NCBI GenBank assembly: GCA_038087875.1
Contig: CM075988.1
Coordinates: forward strand, 1,364,001 to 1,428,000
DNA length: 64,000 bases
DNA from: Malacoraja senta
Taxonomy: Eukaryota
Direction of reading: 5' to 3'
Position numbers and translations under genes: made by a program. A model generated the notes under the pieces. It worked only from the letters and a program-made list of their open reading frames with translations, did not search any database and was not told the origin of the DNA. Shown one piece after another: positions 13,342 to 24,223 of this stretch; position 1 is the first letter of the stretch, and every line of letters starts with the position of its first letter.

Positions 13342-14350
13342 GTGAGTCAAGAGTGTTTTATTGTCATAGACAGAACAATAAAATTCTTACTTGCAGAAGC
13401 ACAACAGAATATGTAAACATAGTACTCTGTAAACATTATAATAAACGAGGGGAAAAAATTAAGTAAATATACACACTGAATTTTTGGTGTGTGTGGGGGG
13501 GTGTTTATGTGGGGGGGAGGTGTATGTGTGTGCACGTGTGTGTACACATACACGTCCACTCTCGCTGCTTCCCCTCTGTGCTCCTCCTCCAGACGAGAGT
13601 TCGGCAACATCCTTTCTCGCCGCTCCCCCTCTATGGCGTCTGAAGAAGGGTCTCAAACCAGAACATCACCTATTCCTTTTCTCCAGAGATGTTACTCCAG
13701 CAGGGGTGAAATGAGTGTGGCCAGGGTGGTGTGGGTCTCTGATGATGCTGGCTGCCTGTTTGAAGCTGTGACTCCTGTAAATCCAATTCAATGGTGGGGG
13801 GGTCAGTACCCGTGATGGACTGACTGGGCAGTGTTCACCATATTTTGCAGACTTCTTCGTTCCTGGTCATTCAAGTTGCTGAACCAAGCCGTGATGTAAC
13901 CAGTTAATACGCTCTCCACTGTGCACCTGTAGAAGATAAAGAGAGTCCTCTCTGACATACCCAATCTCTGCAATCTTCTCAGGAAGTAGAGGCATTGATG
14001 GGCTTTCTTTATAGTTGCATCAGCATCCTGCGTCCAGGAAAGATCTTCAGAGATATGCGCACCTAGGAATTTGAAGCTTTTGGCCTCTCCACCATCGTCC
14101 CATTGATATAGACAAGTCTGTGGGTCCTCTTCCTTCCTCTTCCAAAGTCCACAATCAGTTCCTTGGTCTTCCGACATTGAGAGTCAGCTTGTTGTGTTGG
14201 CATTATTTGGTCAGTCAATCAATCTCACTTCGATACTCTGACTCATCATCATCTGTAATTCGTCCGACAACATTGATGTCCTTGGTGAATGTGAAGGTGG
14301 AGTTCACATGTGAGTGTAGAGCGAGTAGAGTAGGGGCTGAGCACGCAGCC
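13342..14350 (-). mobile_element. Rex1/Babar-like LINE 3' fragment with a Penelope-end insertion
   Basis: FKFLGAHISEDLSW..LYFLRRL..FYRCTVESVLT; tail ACAATAAAACACTCTTGACTC. Confidence 0.8.
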
Positions 14351-15869
14351 TCGTGGTGCTACCGTACTGATGGTTATCAGGGAAGAAGAGGGGCCTCACA
14401 CAATAAGATTATTAATTCTCTTTCAACACTCATTGCGGCATAACTTGCCTTCCAGTTTAGTCTGTCAGATTTGTCCATAATTTAATCCTGCACCCAATCC
14501 AGGTATTGCTCCTCCACAACACTGTTACTAATTTGACTAGCCTGTTCCTTGCATGTAGATTTAAGTTACCCGGGTTACATTTGTACCTTTATTCCACATT
14601 TTCATTCCTTTTTTAATGCCATTCCCAACATTGCCATTAGTATATGGAGTCTATGTGGGCAGAACTATTGCACACCCATGATATGAAGTTTGGACATTTA
14701 TTTCCCTGCAACTGGGTGGAATTTCTCTGTGTTCCAGTTTACTCCAATGTTCATTGGCTGCTGTCAGTTCAGTTGAGTTTATTGTCACATGCACCGAGGT
14801 ACAGTGTACCCCAGCAGTATGAACATTCACTTCTCTAATTTTAGGTAGTCCTTACTTTCTCCCCCCCTTCTCAGCTCTCCCTCAGCCCTCTGACTCCACC
14901 TCTTCCTTTTTCCCTCCCGCCCCCCCCCCCACCCTCACATCAGTCTGAACAAGGGTTTCGACCCGAAACGTTGCCTATTTCCTTCGCTCCATAGATGCTG
15001 CCTCACCCGCTGAGTTTCTCCAGCATTTTTGTCAACCTAGCATTTTTTGACATTAACTTCGCTTATTTCTAAATTTACACTGTAGCTCTGTTTGATTTCC
15101 ACCCTCGATTTATCTGCCTTTAGTTTTTCCTTTCTCCTTCCTGTCTTAATCTCTCCCTTGCTTTTCCATTTCTCCTTCTCCCTGCATAGGTTCCCATCTC
15201 CCTGCCATTTTAGTTTAAACTCTGACACCATTTGCTAACATTCTCCTTGGACATCAGTAGCAGTTCTGGCTAGGTCCAGCCTGCCCACATGTACTAATCC
15301 TACCTAACACAGAACTGGTTGCAAAGATCCAGGAATTTGAACCCACCCTTTGAACAGTTCCTCTCAAAACACATTCAAATAAAAGATCCGGCTATTTTGT
15401 CTTTAACTAGCAAGCGGCACTGGTAACAATAGTGAGATTACTACATTAAAACATGTCTTTTATAAAGAGGACCTCCAACTCCCTATATTCAGCTTCAAGA
15501 ACCTCATTCCTTTATAATCTGTCATTCATACTGATATGTTGTTTAATGTAGTTTATTGTCACATGTACAGAGGTAGTGAAAAGCTTTTGCATCATAACGT
15601 GGCGTTTGTACTTCCCCTTCACAATGTCCACAGCTGCTCTGAATATCCTTGGCCCTACTACCTCAATATCACATTTCAAATATCACCGCAACATCTTGAT
15701 GATCAATATGCAAATCCAGAGTTTTCTTTATGAGCATTTCATATTGACATCACATTTCATATTCATCAGACTGAAGAAGGGTATTGACCCGAAACGTCAC
15801 GCATTCCTTCTCTCCAGACACTGCCCGACCCGCTGAGTGACTCCAGCACTGTGTGACCTTCTTCCATGA

Positions 15870-16194
15870 TGCATGCCGCCCCCCACGTGAATCTGCGGAA
15901 TGGCAGGGGGTGGGCCAGCAGTCCCCCTCGGATTGGCGGGTGATGTCAGGTCATCGTTTGTGAGCGCCGTCCTTGCATGCGGCTGACGTCATGGCGCAGG
16001 GCGAGCGGATATGCGTGTAGGCAGGCGGTTCGATGCGGTTCCCGGATACTCGGCACCCAGTTCCCCACTTCCCCCCCCCTCACCCTCCTGACCCCTCATC
16101 ACCCCCTCCCCCCCCCTTCAAGCACTGGTAATGTTCACACGTTAATAATGTCCTGTTTGCCAGCTTGTTGACCCTCTGTGTTCCTCTCCTGCAG
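15870..16194 (+). promoter_or_regulatory. Promoter-like CpG-rich segment and 3' splice acceptor of the intronic ZNF unit
   Basis: CACGTG at 15884, ATTGG at 15932, TGACGTCA at 15984 followed by ATGGCG; polypyrimidine tract ending CTCTCCTGCAG at 16194. Confidence 0.5.
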
Positions 16195-16320
16195 GGTTTA
16201 TGAGCCGTTGCTGTGGACCGAGAGAGGGAACGTGAGCGGCCATTGAAGGCGGCCAGGGTGCCGGTGAGCCCTCCCCCATCTGCTCGGTGTGCGGGCTCAG
16301 CTTCGAGGGGCTGAGCTTCG

Positions 16321-17095
16321 GTGGAGGACCACATGGCAGGGCACAACAAGGAGAAGCATTATGAGTGCGACGTGTGTGGCAAGGCCTGGCAGCACCTGAG
16401 CCTGCTGGATACCCACCGGCGGGTGCACACGGGAGAACGCCCCTTCAACTGCTCGGAGTGCGGCAAGAACTTCACCCGCTACGACAGCCTGCGCACAACC
16501 GCGTGCACTCCGGCAATTGTCCCTGCGGCTGCTCCGACTGTGGAAAGAGCTTCAAGATGCCACACGAGCTAAAGATGCACCGGCGGGTGCACATGGGCGA
16601 GAAGCCCTTTGACTTCTCCACCTATGGCAAGAGCTTTGCCCGGTTGGCCAGGCTGCGGCTGCACCGGCGGGTGCACAGCAGTGACCAGCCCTTCACCTGC
16701 TCCGACTGTGCCAAAGGCTTCAAGTCGTCGCCAGACCTGATGCACAGGTGCCTGCACACCGTGGAGCGGCCCTACACCTGCAGCGACTGCGACAAGGTCT
16801 TCATCCGCTCCAAAATCCTGCTGGAGCATCAGCGCACCCACACTGGCGAGCGCCCCTACACCTGCGCCCAGTGCGGCAAGGGCTACACCTGCTCCAAGCT
16901 TCTGTCCCACCAGCAGGTGCACACCGGCGACTGTCCCTTCCCCAGGCCCTTCGGCTGCTCCTATTGTGGCAAGAGCTTCATGACAGCGTATGACCTGAAG
17001 GTCCACCGGCGAGTGCACACGGGCGAGAAGCCCTTTGGCCGCTCCACCTGCAGCAAGAGCTTTGCCCGGTTGTCGGGGCTGCGGGTGCACCGGCG
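16321..17095 (+). pseudogene. C2H2 zinc-finger array pseudogene (~9 fingers), antisense within APLP2 intron 1
   Basis: CxxC..HxxxH fingers with TGE(R/K)P linkers in two frames (frameshift near 16490). Several fingers have lost a Cys or spacing; the array is cut mid-finger at 17095. Confidence 0.88.
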
Positions 17096-17759
17096 TGTGG
17101 AAGAAAAATTAATGTCCTTCCTTGCTTAATTTTGACTGGAATCGAGCAAGGTAACAAAAGGGGTGTTTTGGATGTGACAATTGGCAGCTCTCGCTTGACC
17201 AGGTGCAGAAGAGGTTCATGGGAATCAGCAAAGTAAGATTAGATGCATAACCTCTTGTCTGGGAATGTGTTGAAGGGTGGATGGTAAATGTAAAGATGTA
17301 ATGGTAGAGAAGATAACGAAACTTGTTTTCCCTTCGTGAGGAGTTACAATAGATCACCCGTGCCCCCTACCGCTAGTAGCGTAGATACATTGCAATAAAT
17401 GGGAGGCTTATGATTGGCTTGGAGAGGGGATGGAGGTGTGGGCTGCCTGAAAGGTGAGATAGAATAATGTCAAGATGCCCTTGTATTGTGTTTGACTTGT
17501 ATTAACCATCTGTTGTTGAATAAGATTAACATAAGCGAAAAGTATATTATGACTAATGAAATAATTGGTACCTGTGTAGTTGATAGAATATTTTTGTAAA
17601 GTAGTATCTAATTCTGCTCTGAACTCAGAGAACTGGTGGGCAGTTTACTGCCGCCATCTCTCCATGATATCATGCAATAAAGTCTCTTGAAGCAAACCTG
17701 CGAAGTCTGTTATTTTTAGTGTTCCTTTAATTTCCCTCTAAATGAATTTCTTCCCCAGA
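17096..17759 (+). mobile_element. Putative 5' LTR of an ERV/Gypsy element
   Basis: Starts TGTGGAAGAA and ends TTCTTCCCCA(GA), an imperfect inverted terminus; AATAAA at 17676; directly followed by a PBS-like 18-mer. Confidence 0.7.
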
Positions 17760-17762
17760 ATT

Positions 17763-17780
17763 TGCCGTAGTCATCAGGAT
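17763..17780 (+). other. Primer binding site complementary to tRNA-Ser 3' end
   Basis: TGCCGTAGTCATCAGGAT matches TGGCGTAGTCGGCAGGAT (complement of the vertebrate tRNA-Ser 3' end) at 15/18 positions. Confidence 0.7.
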
Positions 17781-18812
17781 CCCAATTGTAACGGGATTCG
17801 AACGAATACAAGGGGAAATAAAAGGGAAGGATAAAATAGTCCCCACTGAAAGAGGGACGGGGGCATCCCAGAGAAGGGAGAGCCCCGACAACCTAGCTAT
17901 ATGGCCGGTGACTCACGCTGAGCCAAGAGGCCTGTGGGATGAGGAACGATTGTGGAGAAGATAAATGGGAGCATGTGCGCTATAGAAATTGAAAGGTGAC
18001 TTTGAGATTTACGGACGGGGTATGCAAACTGTAAATCGAATATTATAAGACATTTTCCGCGAAAACATAACTTTTGTTTTAACAGACTTGTGAATAGAAT
18101 ATAGGAGGAAATAGTGGTCGATTGGAGAAATCTGATCCTACTGATAAAGGGAGGCCTGAGGAAAAGAACAGGCGGTCCAGGAGGGAAAGATGCAGATAAG
18201 AAAGAACATTGCCAAGGTGATAAAAAAGACAAAAAGTACACTGGGAAAAGATAGGAGATCCCATTGCTCCACTGGGATCGCCAGCAGATGTGGTAACAAA
18301 AAATAACGGAGATGACCAATGTCCCTAAATTTTTTGTGTCCCCTCAATATATGCCTCGGAGGTAAGGTGGTACAGGCGGCTGTGATCAGATTGTCTAATA
18401 CAATGGAAGAAGAACCCATGGCTAAAGATTATAGAGCAGAGCAAGATGCGCCACTCTGCGAAAAAAGCGTAGTATGACATGGGTGAGTGTTGACGCCATT
18501 TTACCGGACTGCAATTTACAATAATAATAGTAATATTTACAATGATATTAACTAAATATGTGAAGTGATAGATGCTATATACAACACTGTTCCCTACAAC
18601 ACGGATTACACCAAAGATGATAGAGCGGATCAATCTTTGGAACGGATTACACCAAAGATACGAGAGGAACATTGCCCGCTGAATCGGGAGTGCCGACGCT
18701 TGAGGCTCTCCCGCCAGACAGAGAGCCTGGTGCCAGCCGCCTTCATCTGGTATCGGGGGGACCGAGAATCAGTCCTGGATCAACTCAGGAGTGGAGGAAA
18801 TGTCCTCTTCCC

Positions 18813-18844
18813 CAAAGATACTATAGGAGCCTCCAGTATCTTTG
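18813..18844. mobile_element. 32-bp hAT-like mini element
   Basis: TIR CAAAGATACT/AGTATCTTTG; perfect 8-bp flanking duplication CTCTTCCC at 18805-18812 and 18845-18852. Confidence 0.75.
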
Positions 18845-19049
18845 CTCTTCCCTGCGACCTGATGTAAGCGCAGATTGTATAACTGTGGAGTCGGTCCCCA
18901 CTACCAAAGATGTCGCGTTTTGCATTTAAAAATGGCGGCCGTGACGTTCCGTTACCATACTACACGTCACTCCATTGGATTTCGGAGGAGTGGTCTATCT
19001 TGCTCCTCTAGTATCTTTGCCCATGGCTGCAGTCATGATAGGTGACTGC

Positions 19050-19410
19050 CATTTAGAAGGATGAGAGGGGATCTTATTGAAACATATACGATTATTAAGG
19101 GTTTGGGACACGCTAGAGGCAGGAAACATGTTCCCGATGTTGGAGAGTCCAGAACCAGGGCCACAGTTTAAGAATAAGGGGTAGGCCATTTAGAATGGAG
19201 ATGCAGAAAAACTTTTTTCACCCAGATAGTTGTGAATCTGTGGAATTCTCTGCCTCAGAAGGCAGTGGAGGCCAATTCTATGGAGGCTTTCAAGAGAGAG
19301 TTAGATAGAGATATGATCAATGGATATGATGAGAAGGCAGGAACGGGGTACTTGTGGATGATCAGCCATGATCACAATGAATGGCCTACTTCTGCATCTA
19401 TTGTCTATTG
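19050..19410 (+). mobile_element. CR1 LINE 3' end
   Basis: Matches the 4250-4645 CR1 3' region; tail CTATTGTCTATTG. Confidence 0.88.
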
Positions 19411-20384
19411 AAATATTGTTCTCAAGAGCATTGATGAGTACCGAGATTGTTATGAAATATACAGTTTGAAAATTCTTAGATGCCCTTAATCACCTCCAAA
19501 CTCAGCTTCCCCAGTGCAATCTACCCGATCTTCTCAGCTTACTTGTTCCAAATCATTTAATCACATTTCCTTCACCTTTAGATTTGACCTCTCAATTAGT
19601 CCACTGTCAGCCTGCTTACATGAAATCCAATCCATCATCCCTCTCCCGCACAGGAGCTTGTAAGTCTGTCCTCTATATTATATCTGTATTCCATTGAACA
19701 AAATTGAAGGCTTCTATCTGCCATTAAAATTCACCCACAATCACATTCTTGAAATTTTATTCAAAATACATCTGGCTCTTCACATTTCTCTTTCAGTAGT
19801 GAGATAATTCATCCATAATCTGTTAGCATTTACATAATTCCCATTTGCTTTGGAACTAATTTACTAAATAACATATCAACCAACAATATATTTAAATACA
19901 AAATAGTAAATATATTTAGTGCAAATGTGCTGCCATTATTAACCTCATTAGAAATCTAGACAAAATATATTTCCTTGAATGAATTTTCAACACACTTGTC
20001 TGTCACCCGCAGATGAATCAGTTAATGCAAACGGTTTCAGGTTGGTCCAAGCTGGAACGTCACAGCCGTGACTGTGCAAATTGCAGCTAATACTAGTCCA
20101 TCCTTTCTCACGGGTCTGCTTTGTCTTCTGTAACTCCTGAATATTCCACAACAGTGATTAATTGCTACATTGGAGTTCCTCCCCAGGTTATTATGGGGTT
20201 CTTTCAGTTCCAGAATACTGTTCGTAACCTGAACAGTTTACGTCGGATATGCAGCCACCCGACAGCGTATATAACAATAAAAACATGCGGCAACCAAGGG
20301 CAACATGTAGTTGCATTTAATTCAGCCATTCAAATTTGTCTGCAAGGTGCAATAATATTTTCACAAATTGCGTGCCCACATAGC

Positions 20385-20818
20385 AGAAGATGCCTGCAGC
20401 CCGACAACACCTAACAAATGCTCGTTCGTAAGACGGTGCAGCTCGTTCGTAAGACGGAGCTCCGACCAGCGCGGCTCGTGGACTTCGGGAGCCGTGGTCT
20501 CCTGGGAGGTAGCGGCCGCTCCAGGCCGCTGAGAGTGTTCACCCGACGCCAGAATTTCATCATCCGGCGAGAGGGCCTGAAGCATCGGGCTGCCGTATTG
20601 GCGACTGCAGAGGCCTCAATAGGCCCCGACTGGGACTGGGATGGGACTGGACTTTGCTGCCTTCCCCCACAGTGGGAACCATTGTGGGGGGATGTTTTTA
20701 TGTTTATTGTTAAATTCTTTAATGTTATCTTTATTTGTGTGCTGCATGGCAAGTCAAATTTCACTACACCAATTGGTGTACGTGACAATAAATGTCCTTT
20801 GTCCTTTGTCCTTGTCCT
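20385..20818 (+). mobile_element. Non-autonomous retroelement with Rex/Babar-type tail
   Basis: CpG-rich body, then GTGACAATAAA and a (TGTCCTT)n tail; no coding similarity recognised. Confidence 0.5.
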
Positions 20819-21495
20819 ACATGAGTACGGCATTCATAACCTGGAAAGGACCTGGAAATGAATCAGCATATGGTGTAGAAACATCAACAACAACAAAAAT
20901 CTGGATTCAGATGGCATCTCTGGATTGATTGTTGCCCCAATACATAACAAGGTCAAGGATGGCAAGATCAACTGCTGTCTTCGAATGGAATATTTCAGCA
21001 ATCAAGTCGTTGAGAAGTGGAGCAGGCATCCAGATCAGTTAACAGCAGTACCTATTCAAATGGAGGCAGAGGTGGAAATCCAAATAATTAAATTTGGATC
21101 CCAAATAATTAAAGTTACAATGGAAAGAAACCAAGATGAAAGAGAGCATCTGTGTGCAGCAGACAAAAGAGGCCATGCATGATCAGCCAAATATCATTTT
21201 TCCTTCAATCATTCAGAGGATGTTGGCATTAGTGATCATTACCAAAAAGGTACACTGCCTTCTTGAATCATTGAAAGTCATGTAGTTAAGATTCTCTCAC
21301 ATTCATTTTAGGTAGCAAACTTGGTTTCTTGGTCCTCCAAAATATTCCAAATGGAATTGTAACTGGAGGTGGTAACGAAAACAGTAGCAAAAAAGGAAAC
21401 AAGAGTATTTCTGAACAAATATGTTGTGTGATTTGAAGCCAAATTCATTGCTTGGAGCAACAATCTATCTCCTATATTAACTCAACGGATCCTAA

Positions 21496-21631
21496 AGCCC
21501 CTGTCGCGGACAACTACATACCCCTTCTCAGTGGTACCGGCCCCGCGCGTCCACACGATGCCCGTACTTTTCAACGCGACGACGAGGTCGCGTAATTTGC
21601 GTGCCAAGGACATGTAAGTGGGACAGGGCCT
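21496..21631. mobile_element. PIF/Harbinger-type MITE
   Basis: Ends AGCCCCTGTC.. and ..GGGACAGGGCCT, with TAA on both sides. Confidence 0.7.
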
Positions 21632-23069
21632 TAAAGCATCAGTAAAGGAAATGGTCAGTCGACATTTTAGGTTCGGACTCTTCATCTTGACTGAAAGAGT
21701 TGAGGGGAGGTAATTACTATAAAAAGATTGTGGGGGGCATTGATTCCCTGCATGTCTCCCATGATGTCCTGATTCACTGATCCTTGCCCCTTCCCAGTGT
21801 TTTCCATTACAACTGTAGAAGGTGCAACACCAATCCATTCATGTCCACCCTCACTACCATCCAGGGATCTAATCAGCCTTTACAGGCGAGGCAGAGATTC
21901 ACTTGCTCTTTAGCTAACCTTGAGCATTGCCTTCAGTGATCTTGATGTGGCCTCCTCGACACTGGTGTGTCTGTCCTCGGCTTCCTCCACTACCAGGATG
22001 ATGCCGTGCAAAAACGAGGGACACTACTATATTCCGCCTGCATAGTCAACAATCTGATGGCATGAACATTGAATTTTCCAATTTCAGGTTACCTGCTCCC
22101 CTTCTGTCAATTTCTCTCTGCTTCTGAGCCAATTTGTAACAATTTCTTTCATCACAAATGTTGCCTCATATGTCTCAGTCCATAGAATCAGAGAGTCAAA
22201 CACAGACCTTTGGATGCTTCATGTCCATGCCAATCAGAGGATTTAACTGAGTTTTGTTTTTGTCCCTTTCTCCCTCCCCTTCTGATCTACTCAGATTTAT
22301 CCATAACACACTTATCTATAAACCTACCCCAGCCCCCTAGTTTGAGTCTCCAGCATTTTTGTCTACCTTCGATTTTCCAGCATCTGCAGTTCCTTCTTAA
22401 ACAACAGCCCCCTATCATCCAGTTTTTCCCCTCGCCCATGCACTCCTTTGGCCCATACACCCACTGGGTCCCCTTGTCTCACTGTCCTTTAACCCATCTT
22501 GTCACCCTATCCCCTGAATAGAGGTTCAATGCTTCCTAATGGATTATTACCTCTGAGCCCTTGTCACTATTCTCACCTTTTCCTTCCCAATGAGATTCCT
22601 ATGTCAACCTTCCTCATTTCGATCCTCCTACTGCTTGCCCTGCCCCTCATCTCTTTTATTGGCTACCACTCCTCTACACTTTTAGTCCAAACTAGACCAA
22701 GCGTGGACCCATAGAGTCCACCTCCCCAACGCAATATTCTACCACTCACCTACATGAGGCGATGTTCAGTGAAAATGCCGATTCCAGCCCGGCAAGACTC
22801 CCCCAACTGCGCAGGCATGGCTGACGGGTCCCTGTTGTGATGCCACAGATTGCCGTTGTGACGCGAGTCAAAATGGCGATCTCAAAATGGCGGTGGGCCA
22901 ACTGTGCAGGTGCGGCTAACGATCCCAAAATGGCAGTGGGCCCGGCATCCTTAACTGAGCACGTGCGGATAGCGCGCCAGGCAACCTGCCCCCAACTGCG
23001 CAGGCGCGGCTAACGGGGAGCACAGTTAACGGAAAGAAAAGTAAACATTTATTAAGGGAATAACTTGGG

Positions 23070-24223
23070 AATAAGTGAGTTCATTATTCTGAAAAACGCA
23101 AGGAATCATGGGATTTGTCAAAGGTTGTAAGGTATAAATAAGAATCGAGGGGGAGGGAGAGACTGAGCAGGGGAGAGAGACGGGAGACCGGGCGGGGAGG
23201 GAGGGAGGGCGGGGGGTGAGGAGGGAGAGAGGAGGGAGGGAGGGCGGAGGAGCGGAGGGAGGGTTGGGGGGGATGGTCCCCCCCACCCACCCCCCTCCCC
23301 GCTTGAGATGTCCGGACCGATGGGACACCGGCCCCCAGGCCCAGCGTGGAGAAGCGCCAACCCCAACCCCAACACCAGCGGCCCCAGACCCACAGCCAGC
23401 CCAACCCCAACACAGCGACCCCAACCCCAACTCCAGCCCAACCCCACTCCAAATCTAGAGGAACCCGCTCCCCGATGGACGACTATGTGCCAGTTCTCCC
23501 ACGGCCTCAGCCGCTACCCAAATACAAGCCTACCTTGCACACCCCCAGCTTCTGCCCCTACGGTACCCGCTGCCACTTCATCCACAACCCCGAGGAGGAG
23601 AGGGCCTGCGCCAGAGCGCCAGCCTGGGCTCAGCCTCCTCTGGCCTGGCGCTAGACTGAGTCGCCTTGCTGGCCCGGACTCTAGGCTTGGGATTGGGCAA
23701 GGGAGGGGAGGAGGTTGCTGCTGCCGCCAGCACCACCATCACCAACAGTACCCGCAGCTCCAGCGGATGCCTGGCCTTCCATGGCCGGCAGGAGCCCATC
23801 CGCAGACTCTCTCTCCAACCAGGACGACTCCAGCAGCAGCGGCTCCGAGTCGCCCCTTCTTCGAGAAGGGCCGGCGGCTGTCCATCTTCAGCAGGATCTC
23901 GGTGTCGGACTGAGGGGAGGTGGGTGGAGGTGTAGGGCTGCCGGCCACACGGCGGGACAGGCAGAGCCGAGCTGAAGCCAGCGGCTGCAAGTCCAGGGTC
24001 GCCCCACCAGCCCAGGGCCACCCCGGACACCACCGGACAGGGACGGGACACCACGGAGGGGACGGGAATGGCCCAACAGCAACCCGCTGCGACGGAGAGC
24101 CGAACCCGACTATGGACGAAATGCAAGCCTGCACACAATGCAGCACCACCGTTGCCAAGACTGTTTTATAGCTAGTGACCTATGACCTGGGCATGCACAG
24201 TCGGAATACCGAACTCGCTTATT
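23070..24223. mobile_element. Unclassified TIR element with gene-fragment cargo
   Basis: Ends AATAAGTGAGTTCATTATTCTGA.. and ..TCGGAATACCGAACTCGCTTATT; both ~65-bp ends match those of 33685-34407 in reverse orientation. Confidence 0.8.
23488..23913 (+). pseudogene. Degenerate ZFP36/TIS11-family (ZFP36L-like) fragment: tandem CCCH remnant and C-terminal CNOT1-binding motif
   Basis: Across frameshifts: [14 protein letters not shown]..[35 protein letters not shown] and GRRLSIFSRISVSD-stop (cf. RHPKYKTELC..FCPYGPRCHFIHNAEE and RRLPIFSRLSISD). Confidence 0.88.

Noticed and set aside
16365..17129. Intact 254-aa zinc-finger gene
   Set aside because: The ORF start is out of frame with the first fingers, several fingers are degenerate and the end runs into an LTR.
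18875..18915. Gag-like zinc knuckle (LYNCGVGPHYQRC)
   Set aside because: The first Cys is missing, the spacing is off and it overlaps a DNA-transposon end; likely chance.
23308..23913. Functional ZFP36-family gene
   Set aside because: Homology is split over several frames, with deletions removing zinc-ligand residues and no N-terminus; treated as a captured fragment.
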